From positions 232 to 64,231 of the forward strand of contig CAWCVU010000013.1 in NCBI GenBank assembly GCA_963798975.1: 64,000 bases of DNA. Direction: 5' to 3'. This document shows, in pieces, positions 16,446-26,137 of this stretch. A program made the position numbers and the translations under genes. Position 1 is the first letter of the stretch. Each line of letters begins with the position of its first letter. The notes below the pieces were generated by a model. The model searched no databases and was not told the DNA's origin. It was given only the letters and a program-made list of their open reading frames with translations. This DNA is from an uncultured Gammaproteobacteria bacterium (GTDB lineage Bacteria; Pseudomonadota; Gammaproteobacteria; JABCZS01).

Positions 16446-19254
16446 AGAGACTCTAAATTTACCGCAAACCGACTTTCCTATGAAAGGTAATTTGCCAGAA
16501 CGTGAACCCGTGCAACTGGCGCAATGGCAAGACATGCATTTATATCAACGCTTGCGTGAACACAATCAAGGCCAAGAAAAGTTTATTTTGCATGATGGCC
16601 CACCCTATGCCAATGGCGATATTCATATCGGTCATGCGGTCAATAAAATTTTAAAAGACATGATTATGAAATCAAAAACCCTACAAGGTTTTGATACGCC
16701 TTATGTTCCTGGTTGGGATTGTCACGGTTTACCCATAGAATTAAACGTTGAAAAAAATGTCGGCAAAGTCGGTGATAAAATTTCAGCTGAAGCATTTCGT
16801 GCTGCCTGTCGTGCTTACGCTCATGAACAATATCAAAAACAACGCGACGATTTTATTCGCTTAGGTGTTTTAGGTGATTGGCAACACCCATATTTAACCA
16901 TGGATTATGGCTTTGAAGCGGAAATTATTCGCGTCTTGGCCAAGCTGATTGAAAATGGTCACCTTCACCAAGGTTATAAACCTGTTTATTGGTGTATGGA
17001 TTGTCGATCTGCACTGGCTGAAGCTGAAGTGGAATACCACGAAAAAACTTCACCCAGCATTGATGTGCTATTTCCTTTTACGGATATTGAAGAATTAGTA
17101 AAACGCATCCCGCAGGTTAAACCTGAATATTTAAAAAATGCAGCCATCGTCATATGGACAACCACGCCCTGGACTTTGCCAGCCAATCAAGCTGTAGCCC
17201 TACATCCTGATTTAGATTACGCTTTGGTGCAAATAAAACATCAAGATAAAACTTTATCCGTAGTTTTATTACATGAACTTGTTCCCCAAATTATGTCCCG
17301 CTGGCAAATCAGTGATTATCATATTATAGATATTGTAAAAGGGCGTGTGTTTGAACATTTAAACTTACAACATCCTTGGTTTGATAGAACGACCCCTGTG
17401 GTCTTAGGTGAACATGTCACCACAGATGCGGGAACAGGTTGTGTGCACACAGCGCCCGCTCACGGTGAAGAAGATTACCGCTTAGGTCTTGCCTATCATT
17501 TGCCACTGGATCACGCGGTAGATGCCCGTGGTTGTTTTGCGCAAGATGTACTAGGCGTTGGTGGATTATTTATTTTTAAAGCCAATCCGGTGATTATCGA
17601 GACGTTAAAACAACAACAGCGTTTAATGCATGAAGAGAATTTGCAACATCAATATCCCCATTGCTGGCGCCATAAAACCCCAGTTATCTATCGCGCAACG
17701 CCGCAATGGTTTATTAGCATGGACCAAGCGAATCTTCGCGAGCAAGCTTTAAAAGAAATTAATCTTAAGAAATTTTTACCCGATTGGGGACAAGCACGTA
17801 TCTATAACATGGTTGAAAAACGTCCTGATTGGTGTATTTCACGCCAGCGGACTTGGTGTACACCCATCGTCGGATTTGTCGATAATAAAACTGGCGATTT
17901 ACACCCCGATAACGTAAAGCTGATGCACAAAGTTGCAGAACTTGTTGAACAACAGGGCATAGAAGCTTGGTATGCCTTAGATACCGAATCAGTATTAGGT
18001 GTTAATCCTGAACAATACGACAAAATAAAAGATGGCTTAGATGTTTGGTTTGATGCGGGCAGCAGTCATGCTGCGGTATTAGCTAAACGTCCTGAATTAC
18101 ATTGGCCAGCAGATGTGTATATTGAAGGATCAGATCAACACCGCGGTTGGTTTCAATCTTCTTTATTAACTGGCGTTGGCATGCGTGGTGAAGCGCCATT
18201 TAAAGAAATTGTTACTCACGGCTTCGTGGTGGATGCCAAAGGTCATAAAATGTCTAAATCTTTGGGTAATGTTATTTCCCCACAAAAAATCATTAAGCAA
18301 TTAGGTGCTGATGTTTTACGTTTATGGGTGGCCTCAACTGATTATCGTGGCGAGATGACGATTTCAGATGAGGTATTAAAACGCTCAACTGATGCATATC
18401 GTCGCATGCGTAATACAGCGCGATTTTTGCTCGGTAATTTGCATGAATTTGATCCTAAAAAAGATAAACTAGACATTGATCGCTGTGTCGCGTTAGATCG
18501 TTATATGATTAATTTTACTAAAGAATTACAAAAGAATATCATTACAGATTATGAAAATTATGCGTTTCATTTAGCTTTTCAAAAAATCCTACATTTTTGC
18601 AGTAATGATTTGGGTGGCTTTTATTTAGATGTGCTAAAGGATCGCTTATATACTGCCAAAAAAACCAGTCAAGCTTACCGTAGTGCGCAAACGGCAATTT
18701 ATTATATTTTACAAGCCTTAACACGTTGGCTAGCGCCGGTATTAAGTTTTACCGCAGAAGAAATTTGGCAATACCTGCCGGGTGATAAAACCGATTCGGT
18801 ATTTTTAAACCGCTGGTTTACTGATTTTCCTGAATATGAACATGAAAAATTTGATACTGCGTTTTGGCAGCACATGTTGGCTGTGCGTGATGCAGTCAAT
18901 AAAGCGCTTGAAAAAGCCCGTGATGAAGCCGTCATCGGTGGTGCTTTGGATGCGAATGTGGTTATTTATGCGCATCAGGAGTTGCATCAACAATTAAATA
19001 AAATTGCGTCTGAATTGCGCTTTTTATTGCTGACTTCAAATGTGGCGTTAATTTTATCTGATACACCACCTATCGATGCCATCGCAAGTGATATAGTAGG
19101 TTTGTCTATTAGGATAGATGCGGCGAGTGCGCCTAAATGCATACGTTGTTGGCAAAAACGTGAAGACGTCGGTAGCCATCCTGAACATCCAGAAATTTGT
19201 GAGCGTTGTATTGAAAATGTCTCAGGCGCAGGGGAGCAGCGTTTATATGTTTAA
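16432..19254 (+). CDS. ileS: Isoleucine--tRNA ligase
   Basis: HIGH (PYANGDIHIGH) and KMSKS motifs, and a C-terminal zinc-binding Cys cluster (CIRCW...CERC). 940 aa. Confidence 0.95.
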   Translation: MMNYKETLNLPQTDFPMKGNLPEREPVQLAQWQDMHLYQRLREHNQGQEKFILHDGPPYANGDIHIGHAVNKILKDMIMKSKTLQGFDTPYVPGWDCHGLPIELNVEKNVGKVGDKISAEAFRAACRAYAHEQYQKQRDDFIRLGVLGDWQHPYLTMDYGFEAEIIRVLAKLIENGHLHQGYKPVYWCMDCRSALAEAEVEYHEKTSPSIDVLFPFTDIEELVKRIPQVKPEYLKNAAIVIWTTTPWTLPANQAVALHPDLDYALVQIKHQDKTLSVVLLHELVPQIMSRWQISDYHIIDIVKGRVFEHLNLQHPWFDRTTPVVLGEHVTTDAGTGCVHTAPAHGEEDYRLGLAYHLPLDHAVDARGCFAQDVLGVGGLFIFKANPVIIETLKQQQRLMHEENLQHQYPHCWRHKTPVIYRATPQWFISMDQANLREQALKEINLKKFLPDWGQARIYNMVEKRPDWCISRQRTWCTPIVGFVDNKTGDLHPDNVKLMHKVAELVEQQGIEAWYALDTESVLGVNPEQYDKIKDGLDVWFDAGSSHAAVLAKRPELHWPADVYIEGSDQHRGWFQSSLLTGVGMRGEAPFKEIVTHGFVVDAKGHKMSKSLGNVISPQKIIKQLGADVLRLWVASTDYRGEMTISDEVLKRSTDAYRRMRNTARFLLGNLHEFDPKKDKLDIDRCVALDRYMINFTKELQKNIITDYENYAFHLAFQKILHFCSNDLGGFYLDVLKDRLYTAKKTSQAYRSAQTAIYYILQALTRWLAPVLSFTAEEIWQYLPGDKTDSVFLNRWFTDFPEYEHEKFDTAFWQHMLAVRDAVNKALEKARDEAVIGGALDANVVIYAHQELHQQLNKIASELRFLLLTSNVALILSDTPPIDAIASDIVGLSIRIDAASAPKCIRCWQKREDVGSHPEHPEICERCIENVSGAGEQRLYV

Positions 19255-19726
19255 TATGACTAAGAAATCTAATTTAAATTGGATCTGGTTATCATTGTTT
19301 ATACTGATAGCAGATTTTTTTACTAAATGGTTAGCTTTAGCCCACTTGACTATATATGAACGCGTGCCTGTATTGCCAATATTTAATTTAACCTTGGTTT
19401 ACAACCAAGGTGCTGCCTTTAGTATGTTAAGTACAGAAGGTGGTTGGCAGCGTTGGTTTTTAAGTCTAGTGGCCATCTTTGTCAGTGTGATGATCGTATT
19501 TTGGCTAAAACAAGTCAAAGATATACCGACTGTGCATAAAATAGGTTTAGCGCTGATTCTAGGCGGCGCTTTAGGTAATTTAATTGATCGGCTACGTTTT
19601 GGTTATGTTGTCGATTTTTTAGATTTTTATTATGGTGCTTGGCATTTCCCTGTATTTAATATTGCCGATAGCGCGATTACTTGTGGTGCTATTTTATTGT
19701 TGTTGACTCTGCGTCAACAACGCTAG
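19247..19726 (+). CDS. lspA: Lipoprotein signal peptidase (signal peptidase II)
   Basis: Motifs NQGAAFS, GGALGNLIDR, VVDFLDF, FNIADS. The ATG at 19247 (or 19256) overlaps the ileS stop. The ORF-track start at 19118 lies inside ileS and is rejected. Confidence 0.9.
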   Translation: MFNMTKKSNLNWIWLSLFILIADFFTKWLALAHLTIYERVPVLPIFNLTLVYNQGAAFSMLSTEGGWQRWFLSLVAIFVSVMIVFWLKQVKDIPTVHKIGLALILGGALGNLIDRLRFGYVVDFLDFYYGAWHFPVFNIADSAITCGAILLLLTLRQQR

Positions 19727-20891
19727 TCACACAAGCATCAGACCATACGTTAATCGTTGTTTCCAACATATCTAAAAATGTATAAAACGGCAGAATAATA
19801 AACATCAGTGTTAAAGGCACATTCATCGTGCTCAATAAGGCGAGGGCTAAGAAATAACAACCCATGGGCACGCCGGCATTGCCTATGGCCGCTAAGGTTG
19901 CAATCAATACCCAAGCCACCATTTCTAACATCGAAAATTCTATGCCATTACTCATGGCAACAAATAAAACGGTAATAATAATAAATCCGGCGCAGGCATT
20001 CATATTAATAGCGGTACATAAGGGCAGGGAAAAGCCGGCCGTTTTCTCGCTAATGCCTAAACGCTCTTTTGCACATTGTAAAGTAAGGGGGAGCGTAGCA
20101 GCAGAGGACTTAGACCAAAACGCAACATTAAGCGCAGGCGCCATCGCGCGAAAGACTTTTATAGGGCTAATGCCTTTATATTTTAATAAACCGGGTAGAA
20201 TAATCAGGGCTTGAATTAAATTGGCGGCGAGTACGCAAATTAAATACAAACCTATGGTGGTTAATGATTCCATGGTATCTAAGGTTGCGACAAATTCAGT
20301 GACAAAGGCCCAGATTGCGATGGGGATAAATAATAAGATGGTTTTGGCAATTTCTAAAACTGCAGCAAATAGTGCAGTGAAGACATCAGAGAGCAAGGTT
20401 TTTTGAGCACTGGGGAGAACTAAAATGGCAAAGCTCATCATTAAGGCCAGCACTAAAACAGCAATAACATTGCCTTCACTAAAGGGTGTGACAATATTGG
20501 CGGGGATGCCTTTGATTAAATAATCCCAATAGGAGCCAGCAGGTGTTTGGGGTGTTTGTGTTAATTCCAGTACGGTGGCACTTTGCACAGGGTTAATGAT
20601 TAAAAATAAAATAAGGCCGATAAATGCGGCCAGTATGGTCGTAAGTATTGTATATTTAAAGACTTGCACGCCTAATATGCGAAATTCCTTTAAGTTATTC
20701 ATTTTGGTAATCGTTGAGACGATAGCTAGAAAAATCAATGGGATGCTGATGAGCTTTAATAAATTGACGAAGACGGTTGCGACAAAGGCAGCCAGAGCAA
20801 TGAGGCTATCGATTTGGCAATATCCAGTAATTATGCCTAAGAGTAGCGCGAAAATATAATGGGTTGAGCGTTGCTTAAGGATGGATATCAT
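19689..20891 (-). CDS. Dicarboxylate/amino acid:cation symporter (DAACS family)
   Basis: Polytopic membrane protein with the family motif SSAATLPLT and downstream reentrant-loop region. Its 3' end overlaps lspA by 38 nt (convergent). Confidence 0.85.
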   Translation of the reverse strand: MISILKQRSTHYIFALLLGIITGYCQIDSLIALAAFVATVFVNLLKLISIPLIFLAIVSTITKMNNLKEFRILGVQVFKYTILTTILAAFIGLILFLIINPVQSATVLELTQTPQTPAGSYWDYLIKGIPANIVTPFSEGNVIAVLVLALMMSFAILVLPSAQKTLLSDVFTALFAAVLEIAKTILLFIPIAIWAFVTEFVATLDTMESLTTIGLYLICVLAANLIQALIILPGLLKYKGISPIKVFRAMAPALNVAFWSKSSAATLPLTLQCAKERLGISEKTAGFSLPLCTAINMNACAGFIIITVLFVAMSNGIEFSMLEMVAWVLIATLAAIGNAGVPMGCYFLALALLSTMNVPLTLMFIILPFYTFLDMLETTINVWSDACVTSVVDAESTTIK

Positions 20892-20988
20892 GATTATTAC
20901 CTCTTGATGGATTATTGTACTGTAGAATGAATAGTACAGATTTGCAATATGTTGTATTATTAGCCAAAGTTATTGAAGGATGTTAAAT

Positions 20989-21852
20989 ATGAGTTGGTTT
21001 ACTAAGCTATTACCCTCAAAAATTCGTAAAACCATTACCGAAAAAAAGGTGCAGGTTCCTGAAGGGATCTGGAGTAATTGCCCGCAATGTCACCATATTT
21101 TATATACCATCGATTTAGCGCGCAATTTAGATGTGTGCCCTAAATGCGATTATCATTTACGTATTAATGCGCGTAAACGTTTAGCTTACTTTCTTGATGA
21201 AAACAGTTGGCAAGAAGTCGGTGCAGATATAGAACCTGTGGATCGCTTAAAATTTCGCGACAGTAAAAAATATAAAGATAGACTGGTCGCTGCGCAAAAA
21301 GCGACGGGTGAAAAAGATGCTTTAGTCGTTTACCAAGGCACGGTTAAAAAAGTGCCGATAATCGCTTGTGCCTTTGAATTTAGTTTTATTGGTGGTTCTA
21401 TGGGCGCAGTGGTCGGTCAAAAATTTGTGATGGCTGTGGATGCCGCACTTGCAAAAAATTGTGCGCTGGTTTGTTTTGCCACCAGTGGTGGTGCACGTAT
21501 GCAAGAGTCTGTATTTTCCTTATTACAAATGGCAAAAACCAGCGCAGCTTTAGGTAAATTAGCTGAAGCCGGTTTACCCTTTATATCTGTGATGACTGAT
21601 CCCACTTACGGTGGCGTCTCTGCAAGTTTAGCGATGCTAGGTGATGTCAATATTGCTGAACCGCGTGCGATGATAGGCTTTGCCGGCCCTCGTGTAATTG
21701 AACAAACCGTACGTGAAACCTTGCCTGAAGGTTTTCAGCAAAGTGAATTTTTATTAGCACATGGATTTTTAGATTGCGTTTTAGACAGACGTGAATTACG
21801 TGATCGCATCACTGCCATTGTGCAAAAATTTATGCATCAAAAAGTGGCATAA
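20989..21852 (+). CDS. accD: Acetyl-CoA carboxylase carboxyltransferase beta subunit
   Basis: [10 protein letters not shown]-terminus, zinc ribbon CPQC...CPKC, and carboxyltransferase core FIGGSMG. The RBS GAAGGA favours the ATG at 20989 over 20980. Confidence 0.9.
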   Translation: MSWFTKLLPSKIRKTITEKKVQVPEGIWSNCPQCHHILYTIDLARNLDVCPKCDYHLRINARKRLAYFLDENSWQEVGADIEPVDRLKFRDSKKYKDRLVAAQKATGEKDALVVYQGTVKKVPIIACAFEFSFIGGSMGAVVGQKFVMAVDAALAKNCALVCFATSGGARMQESVFSLLQMAKTSAALGKLAEAGLPFISVMTDPTYGGVSASLAMLGDVNIAEPRAMIGFAGPRVIEQTVRETLPEGFQQSEFLLAHGFLDCVLDRRELRDRITAIVQKFMHQKVA

Positions 21853-23088
21853 ATGTTACCTAATACTTTACCAGATTGGTTAAAATTATTAGAAGCAACC
21901 CATGTACAATATATAGATTTAACTTTAACGCGCATGAAGAATGCTGTGTATGCACTTGATTTATATAAATTTGAAGCGCCTATTATTACCGTTGCGGGTA
22001 CCAACGGTAAAGGCTCGACAGTCTGTGCCTTAGAAAATATTTATCATGCGGCCGGTTATAAAACCGGTAGCACTATTTCTCCACATTTATTCAAATTTAA
22101 CGAGCGCGTTAAACTGAATACGCAAGCGGTTAATGACGAAACTTTATGTGCAGCGTTTGCAGCTGTATATGAAACCGCTCAAACGTTTAATTTAACTTAT
22201 TTTGAAGTGATTACTTTAGCCGCATTTTGGATATTTAAACAAGCCAAGCTTGATATTATTATTCTAGAAATAGGCCTAGGCGGGCGCATGGATGCGGTTA
22301 ATGTGATTGACCCTAATGTGGCTGTGATTACCAGTATTGATTTAGATCATACAGATCGTTTAGGCCATACGCGCATTGCCATCGCTAAAGAAAAAGCCGG
22401 TATTTTTCGAAAAAATATTCCTGTTGTTTGCGGCGATCAAAATCCGCCTGAAGTTTTAAAAGAAATAGCTGATAGTTTGGGCGCAAATTTTATTCAAGTG
22501 CTGCCCTCATTCCCAAGCGATGATGATGACGGGGTTTTACCTGATAATGGTTTGCTTCCCGAAAACATGCATACAGCAGTAACAACGGTTATGCAATTAC
22601 AACACATTTTACCTGTGAGCAAAGCAACTATTGATCAAGGTCTAAAACTATGCCACTTACCGGGGCGGCAACAAGTCATTTATAATAAATGCAAAGAAAT
22701 ATTTGATGTCGCCCATAATCCTGCGGGCTTAAGAAAGCTGGCCCAGCGTTTGCAAATTGAACGTAAAACAGGAAAAATATTATTAGTCATTAGCCTGTTC
22801 AAAGATAAAGATTTATTAAATGGTTTTGCAGAGTTAAAAAACAGCGTCGATCATTGGTTTGTCGCGCCCATCAATAGCGAACGAGCAGCAAGTCTTAACC
22901 AGTTAAAATCTGTATTAGAAGAATTAAAAATTAACGATGTATTTTATGCAGACGATTTACCCAGTGCTTATCAAGCAGCACAAAACCGGGCAAGTACTCA
23001 TGATACGATAGCCATCGCGGGGTCTTTTTATACAGTAGCTGAACTATTTTTAGGTAATGTTACTGTAAAACAAGCACCACCTGTTTGA
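21853..23088 (+). CDS. folC: Bifunctional dihydrofolate synthase / folylpolyglutamate synthase
   Basis: P-loop VAGTNGKGST and the Mur-ligase fold pattern. Starts immediately after the accD stop (accD-folC synteny). Confidence 0.9.
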   Translation: MLPNTLPDWLKLLEATHVQYIDLTLTRMKNAVYALDLYKFEAPIITVAGTNGKGSTVCALENIYHAAGYKTGSTISPHLFKFNERVKLNTQAVNDETLCAAFAAVYETAQTFNLTYFEVITLAAFWIFKQAKLDIIILEIGLGGRMDAVNVIDPNVAVITSIDLDHTDRLGHTRIAIAKEKAGIFRKNIPVVCGDQNPPEVLKEIADSLGANFIQVLPSFPSDDDDGVLPDNGLLPENMHTAVTTVMQLQHILPVSKATIDQGLKLCHLPGRQQVIYNKCKEIFDVAHNPAGLRKLAQRLQIERKTGKILLVISLFKDKDLLNGFAELKNSVDHWFVAPINSERAASLNQLKSVLEELKINDVFYADDLPSAYQAAQNRASTHDTIAIAGSFYTVAELFLGNVTVKQAPPV

Positions 23089-24179
23089 GGATTCATGGCC
23101 GATAAACTGCCGTGATGATTTTCGCTCACTATATAATGTGATACCGCTAAACCCAAGCCCGTACCTTGTTCTTTAGATTTAGTGGTAAAAAATGGTTTAA
23201 ATAAATTCGGTAATAAATGTGCCGGGATGCCCAAACCATTGTCACTGATTTTAATGATCACCGTATTATTTTCTTCATAAGCTAGAATCTTAAGTTCTGG
23301 ATGCGGCAGACCTTGTAAGGCTTGCATGCCATTTTTAATTAAATTAAATAATACTTGTGTTATTTGAGTGCTAGAGCAGATGGCGGATATGACAGGTTCT
23401 TTGAAATCACGAATGATTTTTATTTTAGCCGTGTCGCTACTTTGTAATAAATCAAAATCTTGTTCGGCAAAGCTTAAGGCATTGTCTATTAAGCTTATTA
23501 TATTTTCTTCTTTCATGTTAATTGGATTTTGCGTGCCAAAATTAAGCATGGTGGCGATGATTTGCAAGGCACGATCGATAGCCAAGCGAATATTATCCAT
23601 AAATTTAATGATTTGGCGCTGCTCTAAATATAAATGAATACTTTCTAGGGAAATATTTAATTCTTGCGCGAGCATTTGATTTTTTTCAGAAGTTTTGTCT
23701 AAGCGACATAAAATATTTTGAATATTTTGTAAAATGATACCTAATGGGTTTTTAATCTCATGGGCCATGCCGGCGGCCAGTCCACCAATGGTAATCATTT
23801 TCTCAGATTGAATCACCATATCATCAAGTAGGGTTTGGTGTGATAAGTCTTCTATTTTAACTAATAAGCCGGCTTCTTCTAATAAAGGGTATAAGGTGAC
23901 ATAACAGGGGTGAGTACGGGTGTTATAGTCCAGCATTTGTTGGCTTAATGAGAGCTTTTTACGTTCATTTTGAGCTTGTAAGATAGTGTCTTGGTGAGTC
24001 AAAAGGGCTGGGAATAGGTTAAAAAGCGATTTCCCCAGCGCAAGATCTTGATTTTGCACCAGAAGATGTCTGGCCATGAGGTTTAATTCGGTTATATTCA
24101 TCTTTGAGTCAACCCAGATGAGCATGACGGGTAAGTCATTAATAAACTCATGGAGTTGTGGTTTATCGAGTACGGGCAT
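23028..24179 (-). CDS. Cytoplasmic PAS-domain sensor histidine kinase (orphan, no adjacent response regulator)
   Basis: H-box AAGMAHEIKNPL, N-box NLIKNGMQAL, G1 DNGLGI, G2 GTGLGL. No TM segments. Its 3' end overlaps the folC 3' end by 61 nt. Confidence 0.85.
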   Translation of the reverse strand: MPVLDKPQLHEFINDLPVMLIWVDSKMNITELNLMARHLLVQNQDLALGKSLFNLFPALLTHQDTILQAQNERKKLSLSQQMLDYNTRTHPCYVTLYPLLEEAGLLVKIEDLSHQTLLDDMVIQSEKMITIGGLAAGMAHEIKNPLGIILQNIQNILCRLDKTSEKNQMLAQELNISLESIHLYLEQRQIIKFMDNIRLAIDRALQIIATMLNFGTQNPINMKEENIISLIDNALSFAEQDFDLLQSSDTAKIKIIRDFKEPVISAICSSTQITQVLFNLIKNGMQALQGLPHPELKILAYEENNTVIIKISDNGLGIPAHLLPNLFKPFFTTKSKEQGTGLGLAVSHYIVSENHHGSLSAMNPQTGGACFTVTLPKNSSATV

Positions 24180-24261
24180 AAAGTATCCTGATTAAAGGTT
24201 GATCCTAATACTACTTGAGGGAAAACTCAAATTTCTTTGTATGAAGTACGCAAAATTGCAG

Positions 24262-24362
24262 GTTTTCCGTCCAAACGGGGCCTGTCTCTGCGTCTTTTCT
24301 CATGCTCACGGCGCCTTGCGCCGCTGCGCGTGTGAACAACTCCGGGCCACCCGTTTGGATTG
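24262..24362. other. GC-rich structured element in an AT-rich intergenic region (candidate sRNA, extragenic repeat or mini-ORF)
   Basis: TCCAAACGGG (24270-24279) pairs perfectly with CCCGTTTGGA (24350-24359) and extends with GCC/GGC. An internal hairpin GGCGC-CTT-GCGCC lies at 24310-24322. A 40-codon ORF at 24241-24363 (MKYAKLQVFRPNGACLCVFSHAHGALRRCACEQLRATRLD) spans it exactly. It has no obvious RBS. Confidence 0.3.
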
Positions 24363-24492
24363 AGTGACAAGGAGTTTTGCCTACGCTTAATTTACATTAA
24401 GTTAACGAGCTTTTGCTGATATTTGTAATATAAATTAGGGTTTTTTAACAAGATATTTTTCAATGCATTGATTTATATTAGAATAAAAAATA

Positions 24493-24558
24493 TTTGTAAG
24501 CCATATCGCACAGAACAAAGCTCTAATCCCTGATTGTGTTACCTGTTTGACTATGGTA
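24493..24558 (+). promoter_or_regulatory. Conserved non-coding block upstream of TetR paralog 1 (shared with paralog 2)
   Basis: TTTGTAAGCCATATCGCACA (24493-24512), ATTGTGTTA (24533-24541) and TTTGACTATGGTA (24546-24558) recur in the same order upstream of the second TetR gene. The reverse complements there lie at 57040-57059, 57011-57019 and 56994-57006. Confidence 0.4.
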
Positions 24559-24760
24559 TTTATATTATCTCGCTGACTACTGAAGCTTAATGATCACATA
24601 ATCAGCAAGAAAGTGTTAAAAGTGGGAGAAAAGAGCAGACTATTTAGCTAAAAAGCTTGCATTTGTTTGAAATTTAGCTTATTATGGTCAAAATGCTTTA
24701 AATAAGGGAAGGTGCTACGAAAGTAGTGAGTTTTTAATTTAATAAAGATCGGAAAATACT

Positions 24761-25372
24761 ATGCCACGGAAAACAGATAAACGCGTTCGTTTAGTCGACG
24801 CAGCAAAAGCCTTGATACACAGACAAGGGTTTAATTTAACAACCTTAGCTGACATCGCACAAGAAGCGGATGTTCCCTTAGGTAACGTTTACTATTACTT
24901 TAAAACTAAAGAAGCCATTGGTGAAGCGGTTATTACAAATCGTGGACGTGAGTTGCACGAAGCACTGCAAACCTTTGAAAAAGCAGCAAATGTTAAAGAT
25001 CGCTTATTGGCATATGTTCAATATGAAGTTGATAATGCTGATGAAACAGCTAAAAGTGGTTGTCCAGTCGGCGGATTGTGTCAAGAACTGGCCAAACAAG
25101 GTGGTTCATTGGCTGACGCAGCTGCAAAACTGCTTAATGATACGATGTTATGGGTTGAAAAACAATTTCATGGCATGGGCATGGGCGATGCTTCTCGTGG
25201 TTTGGCGGTACAATTTGTTGCGGCTGTACAAGGTAATGCCTTGTTAACCAACACATTTAAAGACCCTCAAATTTTGGCTCAGCTAAAATCTTCTTTGAGC
25301 AAATGGCTAGATAAAGTCGTAACTACAAAGAATGTGACTGCGCCGATTGAGAAAGCGGAAGAATTTGCATAA
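24761..25372 (+). CDS. TetR/AcrR family transcriptional regulator (paralog 1)
   Basis: N-terminal HTH (GFNLTTLADIAQEADVPLGNVYYYFKTKEAI). About three quarters of residues are identical by eye to the ORF at 56348..56956(-). Confidence 0.9.
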   Translation: MPRKTDKRVRLVDAAKALIHRQGFNLTTLADIAQEADVPLGNVYYYFKTKEAIGEAVITNRGRELHEALQTFEKAANVKDRLLAYVQYEVDNADETAKSGCPVGGLCQELAKQGGSLADAAAKLLNDTMLWVEKQFHGMGMGDASRGLAVQFVAAVQGNALLTNTFKDPQILAQLKSSLSKWLDKVVTTKNVTAPIEKAEEFA

Positions 25373-25403
25373 CGTTTTGATTTTGTTGTGTTTTTATAAA
25401 ATA

Positions 25404-25441
25404 AAAACCACCCGTATTGTTTAATACGGGTGGTTTTTTTT
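25404..25441 (+). terminator. Rho-independent terminator after TetR paralog 1
   Basis: Stem CCACCCGTATT / AATACGGGTGG with a GTTT loop, followed by a T-run of 8 or more and preceded by an A-run. Confidence 0.8.
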
Positions 25442-25507
25442 AATCTTTGGCTATAGTATTAGGGCCCGATTGGGTAATATTTTAATACATACTTAAGGAG
25501 ATTTTAA

Positions 25508-26080
25508 ATGTTACATCATTATAAAATAAGTTTGCTCGCTTTAGCAGCTTTTATTTCTACTGCAGTTTTTGCAGAAACCGGTCCAGAAGAAGACACACAA
25601 GGTCGCGGTTTAAAACATGGCTTTTATGTGGAGTTTGACCAAGGTGGTTATGGTGAAGATTTAGACGATGAATCTACTGTTTTTGCTCAATTTTGCTCAG
25701 ATTTTCGTTTTGATGAAGATGCTTCCAAATGTAAATGGGTTAAACTTGATAATGAAAACCCCACTTTTGTTAAATTTTTTACCAATCACACTGTTTATTT
25801 GAGCTCCTTGAAAATCAAAAAAGGCTGGAGCAATGATGAATCAGAAGAAACTCTTGCCACTTTGGATTCGGCTGTTTGGGCAAATGTAATTAATTTCAGT
25901 GGTCCATATGATGATTGTACCGAAGATCTGGGTGTCAGGTTTTATTCTACGGCTAATGGCGTAGGGTATCCTTTCTTAGTCATTACCTATGACAATGAAT
26001 ATGGCGCAGCCAATCACGGCAGCACTGTGCTTAATTGCGATAATGGCAATGTGATTTGGGCAGGAAAGCGTAGTCTTTAG
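25508..26080 (+). CDS. Secreted hypothetical protein (190 aa)
   Basis: Signal peptide MLHHYKISLLALAAFISTAVFA-ETG and an acidic mature region with 5 Cys. No recognisable family. Confidence 0.65.
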   Translation: MLHHYKISLLALAAFISTAVFAETGPEEDTQGRGLKHGFYVEFDQGGYGEDLDDESTVFAQFCSDFRFDEDASKCKWVKLDNENPTFVKFFTNHTVYLSSLKIKKGWSNDESEETLATLDSAVWANVINFSGPYDDCTEDLGVRFYSTANGVGYPFLVITYDNEYGAANHGSTVLNCDNGNVIWAGKRSL

Positions 26081-26137
26081 TAGTCTTATCCCCAGGTATT
26101 CCGCTGGCTACTTAGCTGGCGGACAGGGGTTTGATCT

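Noticed and set aside
19118-19246. The upstream extension of the lspA ORF, giving a 202-aa version.
   Set aside because: The extension lies inside ileS in another frame and encodes no LspA-like sequence. The LspA homology starts at MTKKSNLNWIWL, right at the ileS stop.
20916-20938. Palindrome TGTACT-N11-AGTACA in the symporter/accD divergent region, considered as an extra TrpR-type operator.
   Set aside because: The arm spacing of 11 differs from the 8 in the trp-associated palindromes. The flanking conserved block (AGCTCTTGACTT... CATCAGTACA) is absent, and the neighbouring genes have no link to aromatic metabolism. It is probably a coincidental or unrelated site.
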